The translations under genes were made by a program, and so were the position numbers. A stretch of DNA of 64,000 nucleotides from Octopus vulgaris (taxonomy: Eukaryota): contig OX597839.1 in the NCBI GenBank assembly GCA_951406725.2, positions 14,508,001-14,572,000 of the forward strand. Direction: 5' to 3'. Below are positions 1 to 13,054 of this stretch, in pieces. The notes under the pieces were generated by a model that was not told the origin of the DNA, made no database searches, and saw only the letters and a program-made list of their open reading frames with translations. The number at the start of each line of letters is the position of its first letter. Position 1 is the stretch's first letter.

Positions 1-378
1 CTATAGGATATTTAGTGAAACAAACCCTCCCTCTTGGATATTTGCTCAATCAGTGTACGTTCAGAAAATTGAGAGCATCTTTGTTCTACAACATTGTAGA
101 ATAGTAACAAGTGTGGAAAGACATGAGTAGGGAGAAAATTTGTGAGGGACCATATTCTGGGGCAGGAGAGATTGGGTATTATGATACTACAAAAATATAT
201 AATTATAAAGAAAATTTACCATCTTTAATGTGTGATGCAGAGCTCATTAAGGATACCTAGAATATATTATCCTGAATACTAAATACATTTTTGATAAAAT
301 AAAGCGAATGACAGAATTAATCGAATAATTTTTTTTTTTTTGAAAAATAATAAATAACAACAAAAACTTTAGCTTTAC

Positions 379-510
379 CGTTTTCACAATTGAGACCAAT
401 GAAACCAAGTTGACAGTCACAGCGGTAACCAGCACCGGTAACTGAGCAGAGGCCAGCATTTTGACAGGGGTTATTGGTGCAAATGTCAACCTTTGATTTA
501 CAACGTTCTC
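379..510 (-). CDS. HSPG2: perlecan exon, EGF3 end + EGF4 ([43 protein letters not shown])
   Basis: tttatag/gtaaag; EGF Cys pattern. Confidence 0.93.
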
Positions 511-783
511 CTATAAAAAAGAAAGATATGGTTAAAAATATCAGTAAAAAAAATATTTGTTAATTTTACTTTTTATAGTATTTAGTTTGAAGATGAAAAA
601 GAAGAGAGGAGTGTTCATAACCTTTCTATGCCTGCCACCAGTGAGGATAGAAAGAGTTTAGGAGCATCAGAAGTCATCAATTAGAGAGTACAAACAGTTC
701 AGAACTAGAGAAAAGTTGGGTTGCCTCTGGCAAAAAGATGAAGTGTTTTTGATGAGGACCTTTGTTTGAGTAGGTAGGTAGGT

Positions 784-845
<62 letters not shown>

Positions 846-3800
846 GTATCAGTGAAAAGGATGTTTCAAGACAGCTTATATTGGAGAATGGTTAGGTAGG
901 GAAGACAATCAACAAGAGTCTTAGTAAAGAATAAATATTTAGGAGAAAGGAAAATAGGAGCAAAAGATATTAACATCAACAGAAGACACACACATACATA
1001 ATTCTGTTCAATTATAATATTTGTTCAGGCCTATTCATGTCCACTGCTTAGTGGTTCTCTATGCTTTGCTGATGAAATCTAATAAGACTGAAACATGTCT
1101 GGTGTTATCTTCCATATTCATCAAACTCATTAATATTAGGTTTTTTTCTTTCATCACATATTCATGACCTATGCTCAATAGAGTTAATGTTTAGTGTTAT
1201 CATTGATAAATTAATATCTGCTGGAAAAATGTTGGCTGGCGACAGGGAATTCCAGCAAGCTGATGTTCCAGGGAAATAAATCCCAGTTTGCACACAACCT
1301 GGTAGTGAGACACAGTTGTTGCTGCTGTTGTTTAGCCCCAGGTCAACTCTGACTGAACCTATGATCATGACACCATTTTATTCCTCGGATAGAGTATACA
1401 ACATATCTAGGGTCACATGATCTGAGAGAGATTTTGCAGCTATTTCTTTTAGTAAGTCAAGTGACCACTTAGAAGCTTCCTTCATCAGCACAATAAGGGG
1501 TGAGAGGGTTGACAAGAGGAAGAGATACAAATGTGGAGGTAATATTTATGCGGATGTTCCATTAGAACAAACTATACTGTGGTAGATACCGTGAGAGAAA
1601 CTCCATTAGTGGCTTTAGGTACAAAATGCAGACTTATTGATATCTGAAGTGGGGAGATGATTCCTCACCATCTTCAGTACTGAGATCATCAGATCATGTG
1701 ATTTCAACCTTCTTTGGTTTTGTTAAGGATGGATGCTTGACTACTAGAGATAGCAGCAACTCATCCCCCCACCAATGATATACATAAAAACAGTGCCAGA
1801 ACAGGCGCTGGTGTTGCAATTAGCCAGTGAGCTTATTAAAAATATATATATTAGCGACAGAGATAGAATTAATACCACAAGGTAAATATTTATCCCCACT
1901 TAAATGTGGATGTTCTGTTAGAACAAAGTAATATTTATTTTTTTAACAGATGTGAAAGCATAAGGCCTGAAGAAGGTGTGGTAAAACAGTGAAGGAGGGA
2001 GGTGTAGAAAGAGAGAGGGGTGCAAAGAATAAGTTTAGCTTGCAAGTATAGTGGTACTGTATTAGTAGCATAGTAGTAGCAGTATAATGGTAGGTCATTA
2101 ATTTATAATGGTTTTCACTTGGAAGAGATAATAAATATAAATATTTATCACTATAGTGATAAATGTGTCACTTATAACTTAATTGTAAGTATTTATCACC
2201 ATACACAAATCTTAACTCAGGCTGCGTAAACGCTGCGGTGAATTATACACCCCAAGACGCTGAACGTGCATGAATGTTGAAGATAATAAAGCTTGCTCTT
2301 TTTCATCGCTATAATAACAGTTTCATAGTTGCAGAAATAAATTTCATCAACAGGTTGAAGAAAATGAAGAAAAAGAAATTATTTACTAAGTTTATTTACG
2401 AACATTTAATATTTACAGTACATTTTTTAAAGTCAAAAGCAGACTGTCATATTAACTAATTCTTTCATAACTAAGCTACAAGAGTTTTAAACAACAATTC
2501 AAAATAGCCTTGTTGAATTAGGTAAGAGACTTGGCATGGCAATAACGAATATCTCAAGAGAGTGAGTGTCATGGGATTGAGCGATGACCAACGAACACTG
2601 ATTAATTTCCCAAAAATCAGGGTTTTTATAACTGCTCATACTTGAATTCTAAGAACCATATTTCATGAAAGATTTCTCTTTGACGAAAGTTAGAATTCAA
2701 ATATGGGCAGTAATTTTAACCAATGGGAAACTAACAATTATACTTATTTGGCCAACATGACCAGGATGTCATATTACCGCCGATAAAGGTTTATTATGAC
2801 TTGCTACACTACGGCAGTAATACTAAAAGGTATGTTTTTCCAACATGTTTCTATCTGATTTAATCATAATTTTAAAATTAGTCTCCTATTACAATTCACT
2901 TCACATGTAGGATTGCTTACAGCCTTTAGCATCCAGATTACTCTTTCAAATCTAATGCTTATTTATTCACATTGTTTTGAATTAATTAACTATTATCTCC
3001 TGGCCTTGAGATTTCAATGATGTGATTTTTAGACTGACATTGTAGAGTTGGTATAAGAGGCTTGATCCAGCTGTTTATCATGTAAAACATGTAGAATATT
3101 TGTGCTTGATATGGCCACTTTAAATGCTACATGGTCAGGGGAATATTACGTTCCATCCCTCTTCCAGTACATGACTGGTATTTACCAAATCAACTTGTGA
3201 AATATGAAAAGTAAACTGGAACTGGGCAGGATTTGAACTCAGAACAAAGTACTGTAACTAAAGTATTTTGTGAGATACTCTAATGATTCAGCCGATAGAT
3301 AAAAAACAAACAAAAACAGAATGAAAAAAGAAAAACAAGCAAAAATAAAACACTCGGGAATGATCATATTTGCAGGTGTGACTATGTGATAAGAAGTTTA
3401 CTCCTCAAGCTCATGGTTTGGGGTTCAGCCCCACTGAATGCCACCACCTTGAACAAGTGTCTTCTGGGGCCAACCAAAGCTTTGTGAGAGGATTTGGTAG
3501 ACAGAAACTGAAAGAAGCCCATTGATTACATGTGTGTCTGAGTGTGTGTTTGTCCCCCACTTGGCAAATAGTATTGGTTTCTTTACATTCCCATAACTTA
3601 GTACCAAACTAAAAAAGAAAATAAGTACAGGTATTTGTTCGACTAAATCCTTCAAAACGATGCCCCAGCATGGCCATTGTCCAATGACTAAAACATATAA
3701 AAGAGAAAACGTCTGAGTGGAGAATCTACTGACCTGAATATTGTGGATCACAGATACAGAGGTATTCACTAATCGAGATGTCTTCACAGAGGCCGTTGTT

Positions 3801-4855
3801 CTTGCAGGGCTTCCTGTCACAGGGACGTTTCTCACCGCAGTCGATGATATCGGAACTTTCTTGGGCATCTTTGATTAAGTGGACTGCTCTGTCATTGACT
3901 TCAAGCTGATGGAATGAAGAGGAGAGGAAAATTAGTGAGTGAGTGATTCACTCTGGGAGAGTAAGGAGGACTGGGAAATGTCAGAGGAAGAGGAGAGATT
4001 AGAACATGATGTAGAGGAAGAAAAAAGAGAGTGGAGAAATTTAAACCCAAAGGGAGGGAGAGAGAGAGAGAACAATTACATAAGCAGATGAAATTAGATG
4101 CCACATGATGTCATTTAGTTAAGTGGACTACTTAAATTAATTCTCATGTACAATGAAGACCCTTAATATTTAGATCTAACAATCTGAGTAAAAGGGCACT
4201 TGAGAACATCATGCATAAATACGTGTGTGTGCATGTATGCGTATGTGCATATGTACACAAGCTGAGATATCAGAAGATCCAACTACGTGCTGCAGAAACT
4301 CTCAAGTAACAGGCTACTAGACTTGCTTTGCTTATGACAGCTCGTCAAAGATAATAACAGCATCAATCAAAGACATTCAACCTCTTTTCTGCCCCCAGCT
4401 CATTCTTATGGGAGTAGATGTGCCTGACAAGACCAATATAAGACCGGCACATCCTGTGGCACAGAAGGTGACTCCCAAACAACAGCTGCAGGGGGACAAT
4501 ATTTTCTCCTCTCTTCATGCAATCTCTTGGGTTCAGTTTCAAAGCACTGCATGTGTGTGTGTCACTGCATCACTGTATAAACCAAACCATCAGCTGTGGT
4601 TGTACACTATCAGCCACAATGTGATTCCTCGCATTGTTGTAGATGTCAAATAATTCCACCCTGTTGGCTAAGGGAGGAACAGCCCAACATTCCAACTGAA
4701 TGGAATGCCAGATGATCACAGGGTTATTCCTTTTCAGCTGAGTGAACTGGAGCAACATATATATGTACACCTGTAAATATACCTGCTCTCTCGAAATTGC
4801 TGGCTTTGTGCCAAAATTTGAAATCAATTTATACATACATCTACACGTGTGTGTA

Positions 4856-4904
<49 letters not shown>

Positions 4905-6539
4905 CTTGACCATCTCAATGGAACAGGGATTGCACCACAACAATTTAAAAGATATACACACACACATATTTATACATACACCCAAATATTAATAACTATA
5001 TATATATATATATATATATAAATAAGATTTCACTAGTACCCCTGGAGATTTTTGCTGGGATAGACAAAGCTTGGGAGAAAGAAGTCTCTTAAGGGCCAAG
5101 AACTGTATTTTGAGCAGGTATCAACACATCCCAAGGAGCTACAGCACCAACACAAGCAGAAACTTTTACCTTATTTGTCAATCTGTACCTGATATCAACC
5201 AAGTTACTCTAAGTGAACACAAAACCAAAACATTGTTCTTAATGTGTGGTAACAATATTTCAAGGGCTGCATTGTGTTCCAGATGACATCTTATGACCTT
5301 CCTTATCATTGTGTGTTTACCCATGAGGGCAACTGCATGGTCCCTGAGTGACATACAGGTCTGCATCTGTCTGGAGCCAACACCGTCTGCATTGATGATT
5401 AAGCATTTGGGATATTCATTAAGCAACTGAATGACCTTACTGAAATAGTTGGCTTTCCAGATTCATTTATCTTCCTTGACCATCTCAATCGAACAGGGAC
5501 TGCACAACAACAATTCAAAAGATCTATACACACACACATTTATACATACACTCACACACATATATACATACACACATACATATATGTATATATCATCATC
5601 ATTTAACGTCCGTTTTCTTTGCTAGCATGGGTTGGACAGTTCAGCCGGGATCTGGGAAGCCAGGAAGCTGCACCAGGCTCCAGTCTGATTTGGAAGTGTT
5701 TCTACAGCTGGAAGCCCTTCCTAACACCAACCACTATATAATGCATAAATCTTTAAACAGGGGCACACACACACAAACACACAAAATGCTTGCTGGGGAA
5801 CACATGTTGTTGTTGTTCTAAACATCACTGAAGGTGAATGAAAAAATAACAAACTGAAAACTTATATGAAATGAATAACGAGACAATTGAAGGTTCAAGT
5901 ATTAGTGTCACCTTCAACTGTTTTATATTGTTCTCATTGGGCAGAAGGGAAACTTACCTCTCCAATACATCCGACAAAACCAGTACTGATGCTTGTACCA
6001 TCAGCAACTTTGTATTGTGGGTCAACTCCACCCAAGTACAGAGGCTGGCGCAGGTTTAAGCCAACTCGGCTTCCAGGTGAAGAATCTATTAAGAAGATAA
6101 AGAATTACACATGTTTATATAGATTTTTATCAACGCAACCACACATATATCAATGTATATGTATATATATATCTATGTGTGAGTGTGTGTTTGTGTGTAT
6201 ATGTGGGTATGAATGCGAATATATATGTATATAAATGTACATATATATAAATATACACAGCAGTATATATATATACACAGCAGTACAAACTATTGAATAC
6301 AAATGGGTTATTTCATGTTTCTGACCTACAGAAAACAAACTCCAAGCGTGCACATATTTCCTCACTATGAAAATTGCAAATGTAATCTGTAATTTTTTAA
6401 TAAAATTTGTTTTTATACAACTAAGAATTACATTTATAAGTTTATATTTTGAGTAAATATGTACTGATATGAAAATTGTTTTTTCAAGAACATATAACAT
6501 GGAAAAACTCATGCATAGCCAATAGTTTGTATCAGACCT

Positions 6540-6595
<56 letters not shown>

Positions 6596-6604
6596 TATAT
6601 ATAC

Positions 6605-6700
<96 letters not shown>

Positions 6701-6777
6701 TACTTTAAAATCATATTAAGTACAATATCTTTTGATATTCACAATAAAAAGTTTTGCGGCATATACATATTACACAA

Positions 6778-6812
<35 letters not shown>

Positions 6813-9645
6813 TTTATACATATATATAAATATTGATAGATAGGTAGATAGATAAAGACAGAAAGAAGTGAAAGATATACCAATGTATGTGTTTTGTAAG
6901 ATAGTTTATTTTGTTAAATAAATATTAGTGACATTCCTTTGAAATTAAAAAAAAAGAAAAGAAACAAAATAAAGCAAAGAGGAATAAATAAAAAGAAGAA
7001 AGTAATCAGGAAATATTAAGAGACAAAGACAAAGAACAAACAAAAAAAGACAACAAAGAAATGCACAACCTCGTCCTTAATCCCTGCCTTCACCCGACCC
7101 ACCGACAGGGGGGGGAAAAGAATACAAAATGATAGAAAGCAAAAGAAATTTAGAAGTTTGTGTATGTGTGCATGCATGTAGATGTTTGTGTGTATGTGTG
7201 TGTGTGATTTATTTGTTTTAGCCACTGCAGTTAAGGTCATTCTAGGGAAAAAAAACTGCCTCTGTGGTATGTGTGTAGTTGAAGGATATTAAACAGTTGA
7301 GCTAGTTTGTTAAAATTCAAGATAGTTGATCTCTTTTGCAAACACTGTCTCCTTCTCATTCTCTGACTAAACTGAAAACAAAAATAAAAACAGTCTTTTT
7401 GCTTTTGTGTCATTATGTTTATAATGTCCAACATGGGCTTGTGACAATTGTGGACAACGAAATGGATACAGAAACACCAATAGTAAAACTGACACTGAAA
7501 TTGTTCAACAGATAGATGTTGTTGTTGCTATTGCTGTTGCTTAATCACAGGCCATAATTAACCAAACAGACCTATGTATGACTAGAAAGACATTCCAGTC
7601 TTGACCATGGTATATTTTTGTATATCCAAGACATTATCAAATAAGCGCTGTTATTTGATTAAGGCTGCAATTTGATGGTAATTTAGCTGCTATTTTAAGC
7701 AGGTTAAAAGACTACTTGCAGGCTTCTTTCATTGGTTTAAGAATAAATATAACATTATATAGATACAAGGATGATTATTGTTTTTTTTCTTTTTTGTCTG
7801 ATATATTCCCAGTAATGTCCAGATCTAACAGCAAGGCAACAACTGCAACTGACCATACAGCTGTCATTGAGTTTCTCACCATTATTTGCTGTTTATCTAT
7901 GAAAACAGACAAGGGTCTGGAAGAGTTGAGAAGACAATACCACAAGATGGCTTGTTTATTGGGGGAAGATTTACAACACATTGCATTACTGCGTGGAGAA
8001 TTATTGTACAACATTCATCAGGACCCAAAGGATTGTCATACGTTTTTTTTTAGTTCCAAGAACTGTGGTACATTCATTAGTAGCAGGAAAATTAAGACAT
8101 TCTTTGTTGCTAATAATAATCACAATAATAATGGTTTCAAATTTTGGCACAAGGACAAAAATTTCAAAGGTGGGTAAAAGATGATTACATCGACCCCAGT
8201 GCTCAACTGCTTTTTATTTGGTTGACCCTAGGGGGAGGAAGGGTAAAGTTGACCTCAACTGAATTTGAACTTAGGACATAAAGAGCCAGAGAAATGCTGT
8301 TGAGCATTTTGTGTGACATGCTAACATACACATCAGGCCATAAATTTTAGGAGATTTTCAGATAATAAAATCATCCTCAGTGCTTGACTTGTACTTTCGT
8401 TTATCACCTTCAGAAGGTTGAACAACAACGTTGCTTTTGGTAGAATTTGGAAGAAGTTGATAATTTGGAGGAAAAGGTTTTGTGGTGGTGTAACAAGTTA
8501 AAATATTTATTTGAATGATCTATATATTGAAATTTATAAGAGAAAGAAGGAATGGGCGACGACAAGTTAGTTGTCAAAACCATATGTTTTGAAGACCCAC
8601 ATGCTAGCTAGAGATAGAAGAAGAAACAGACCAACAATTAGAAGACAATGTAGCATGAGAAAGACAACATAAAAGGAGAAGAAAATGAAATATAAATAGT
8701 TATTTCACACAAGTTGTAGACAAAAAGAAAAACAAAATATTAAACACAGACATTTTGGTCATTCAAGGTTAAAATTTTCCCCAGTTGTGTTAATTTTAGG
8801 AAATTTTGATGTATTTCCTATGGTTTTATATTAAAAATTCAGGTTAATTCTGTTTGTGAAAACACATTTAGTTCTGCTGTAAGGTAAATTTGAAATTAAA
8901 ACCACAAGTATATGTAAAAGAGAGGTGGAATGTAAGAGTGAGAAAGAAAGCTTGTGCATGGCAACTGAAAAATCACAATATCCAACATAACAGTGAATCA
9001 GCTTCTTTGAATTGCCAAAATTACAAACTTTCTTGTTAGACTGAAATCAATCTATAGATAGATATATTTAGATTCATATCTTATCTGTCTTTAAGTTTTA
9101 CAGGTTTTAAACTCCAAAATTACTTTACAGCAATAATTAAATATATATTATATTTATTTATATTCCCTGTTGGTTATTTATTCTGTATAGTTGTATTATA
9201 TAATTAAAAATTAGTTAATTAATCAGAAGAAAGAATAAGAAAAATATAAATTATTAATTCAAAGAAACAACAAAATATGCAAAAACTCTTCATCTGCTAA
9301 TTAATTTTCCTTCTTCACTTCAAGGTGCATTTTCTTATTTTTAATATATGAAATATTAGTTTATAAGTTTTGTTTAAAAAAATAAATAATTTATATTTAA
9401 TTAATTTTTAAAACAAGTTAAAACAAATTCTTTTAGAACTTCAAATTAAGAAGAAAAAATTCATTAATTTCTCTTTTTCATTGTTAACATTTATTTACCA
9501 ACATGGTATCATTAATGCAGTTCATAATTAAATGCTTTAATCTTTTAAATAATAATGCTTTGTATGGTTAATTTTAAAGGGAAAAAATAGAGATTAATTA
9601 AGAAAATATTTGTTGCTAGTTGTTTAAATTATATATATATGTATG

Positions 9646-9693
<48 letters not shown>

Positions 9694-12266
9694 TAAACCA
9701 TTAGCATTCATGGTATTAATGGTGTTAGAAATGTCAACATCCATGAACAATATATTAAACTAAGAAACAATATGACTAAGATAAGACGTGATTCAGTAGA
9801 AACATTTCCTGCTACCAGTAGCTACATATCATAAAGTTCTCAGTTTAGACAAATAGAGAGTGATGTTTTACAAATGCTAGATTTGGCCAGTTTGAATGGT
9901 AAATAGTTACAAGAACAACAACAACAAACAGTAGCAAAGAAGATTAAACTGGGTTATGTTTTAACACATTACACAACTTGTTTGTTTAGCCCTTCAGCAT
10001 TCAGATACGTCAATGAAATCATAAGAAGATTATGAAACAAAGAAAAGTGTGACATTTTATAAAATTTACTGAGAGTTGGGGATTTTTCGTCAAGGAGTAA
10101 AGTTAACATAATACAAGGTGAGTAAAGCTGGTTTGACAAATTATTACAGATTAGGTGGGTTTGACTAAAAATTACAGATTAGGTTGGTTTGATTAAATAT
10201 TGTAGATTAGACTAGCTTGAATGCTAAAGGGTTATTTATTTACAAGGTACACTCCAGACAACATAGCAATCTGTTCAAGAAACACTGAACAAAAATAAAC
10301 ATAGAGAATAGAATATAAAAGAATATAGAATCACAAAGTAACAAAGGAAAAAATGAAAACAACACTCAAAAACACATCACAACACAAGCAAAACAAAATG
10401 GTAAGAAGCATGACAAATATCACTTTCCTATTGGCAAGCGGGGCAATTCATCAGCGGCTAGAAATAAAATGAAAGAAAAAGGGAGATAATTCCTTTCGGT
10501 TTCTTTTTTTATATTTATTTGTTACCTGATATAACTTCGAGAAATTTAGATTAAAACAAATGTTATAATTGTTGTACTTCATTTTTTAATCTATTTTCCT
10601 TCAATTAATCTGCTTTTTTAAGTCATCTTACATTTATGATTTAATAATATTCATTTTCTGTTTGCTTATTAATTAAAGAGCTGACTTAGCATATTTATAT
10701 AGCAGCAGATTTCCTACAAGTTAAATTTGTCTATGGGTTACCTTTCTGTCTATCTAACCCCACCCAACCCTAAATCTAACAGAGATAAAAACTGAACTTT
10801 GTTTTAAAACTATTATAAATATCCTCCTGTCTATTTGAAATCACAAGTTAATCAAATATAGGAACACTAAATGTAGTGTTAAACATCATCACCATTTACA
10901 TGTCCACTGTCCATGCGGTGTGACCAGAGCTGGCTGCACCAGACTCCAGTCTGATCTGGCATGGTTTCAACTGCTGGATGCCCTTCCTAATGCAAACCAC
11001 TTTACAGAGAGTGCCGGGTGCTTTTATGTGGCATGACAGAAGTGCTTTTACGTGACACCACACAGGTGCTTTTAAGTGGCACCACAAGAGCACTTTTATG
11101 TGGCTTTGTTGTGAGTGCTTTACACCACTAGAAGGATCAGTTTTAACGCGTCTGCTGTGAGGTATGGGTCTCTTCTGCCATGGGAAGCTCGTAACAATAT
11201 CCCTAATCATTAGTTAATCAACAGAAGGAAGTACCTTGTGTATTGGAAACTTCAAAAATTACTTTTGTAACAAATTTGTAAAGTCCAATTCACAAACTAA
11301 TGTTTTATCCAAATAGAATATTTTACAGAAAGGATATAAGATGAAGAGAGTTGTCTATATATTTTATGCACTTCTGTCAACAATTAATGAGGCTTTATCC
11401 ATATGTAGGCTCATGCAATGTTGTAGATTGAATCTTTTGTGAATAATAGAAATAAAGATCTTGTTTGATTTCACTGTTAGGTAAATGGAGGGTGTTGTAG
11501 AATAAAGAGGTGTTTTATTTAGAAGGATAATGGAATGCTTGCAGTGGATGTAAACTTTACAAGCTTTCAAGACAGTAAGTCCAATATCATTAGACCATCC
11601 TGCTTTTAATTGAATACGTTTCAGCTGTTTGAGACAATCATTTGGGGGATCTCACAAGGACAACATTTTAATCAGAAGCAGAGTCCACTACACTTAAGAG
11701 GGAGGAGAGTACAGCCTCTAAAAAAGGAAAAAATCAGCTAAATAGAAGTGCTATAATAAATTTAAAATTTATCAACAGAGGCAACATTGATTTGTCTTCT
11801 TTACAAAGGAGCACACTATTTAATATCATATGTACCAGCAAGTTATATATATATATATATATCAACAATCAAGGAACGGCCATAATAGGCCATTCACCCA
11901 CTAGAAATAACAGCCAAAGCTTCAACCGCAAAATAACATTAATTCCGCAAACCAGGAGAAAATTAAAAAACATTTACCCTGTAATTTCTTATACGATGCA
12001 CCGTTTCATCTACTGTAGATGAAACGGTGCATCGTATAAGAAATTACAGGGTAAATGTTTTTTAATTTTCTCCTGGTTTGCGGAATTAATGTTATTTTGC
12101 GGTTGAAGCTTTGGCTGTTATTTCTAGTGGGTGAATGGCCTATTATGGCCGTTCCTTGATTGTTGACGTTGAACTTATAAATGGTCTATGACTATTTAAT
12201 TTTTTCCCACTAGGTCGCTGGTGGCAAAAAAATTCTACAAAATTTTTTGCCACCCTATATTGATTG

Positions 12267-12317
<51 letters not shown>

Positions 12318-13004
12318 AAACTTTTTAAGCTATTTAATTCATTATTTTTTTCCTCAGCTAGTTATTGGGAAAATTATTGAATGTTTTATTCTCTGTGATG
12401 GGTTTTTGAAAATATTTTTGAGATGGTGGAGTGGAGCAATTAATTTAGTAATATAGTAGAAATAGATGAATAAAATAGATTATATCTTGTAAATTCTTTT
12501 GAAGGAAAATATTCTATGTTCTAGTGGTACGTACTAATGCCATATAGTTTTACCTTTACTATTTTATGATTCCCCCCAAAGAAATTACTATTGCTATTTC
12601 AAAACTAATACATATAAAAACTAATACATGCAGCAAACAACAGGACTATTTCTACACATTACAAAGGCCTTCATGACTACTATGTACCATAACTCCAATC
12701 ACTACAACTACCTGCTTGTTATACGAAGTAATACTGATGGAGACAAATTCTGCTCTCAAGAATGTCGTGCAATATACTTAGAACATCTTTGACTTAACTA
12801 TTTCCATACATGCATTTACTTTGAATTGTCAGCAATAATTGTATACATTTATTCATTTTTTTTTATCTAATTAAAAAAAAATTAAGCAAAAAGAAAAAAA
12901 ATTCCAAGAAATATCAACTAAAATATATACAAGATGAGAAGTGTATGTGCATATATATGCATGTGTGTCTGAATTTCCAAACAAGAGGAAAACAGGCTCA
13001 GTAC

Positions 13005-13054
<50 letters not shown>

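Noticed and set aside
2200-2880. CpG-containing block that may be a DNA transposon remnant
   Set aside because: No recognisable termini or protein motif.
3425-3868. 147-aa minus ORF and other ORFs overlapping exons (5887-6234, 59079-59435, 59086-59391)
   Set aside because: Alternative-frame or antisense shadows of perlecan exons.
6150-6829. Long ORFs rich in IYIY/CVCV/HTHT (also near 12.9k, 23.6k, 24.8k, 30.3k, 50.5k, 63.1k)
   Set aside because: Translations of (TA)n/(TG)n/(CA)n microsatellites.
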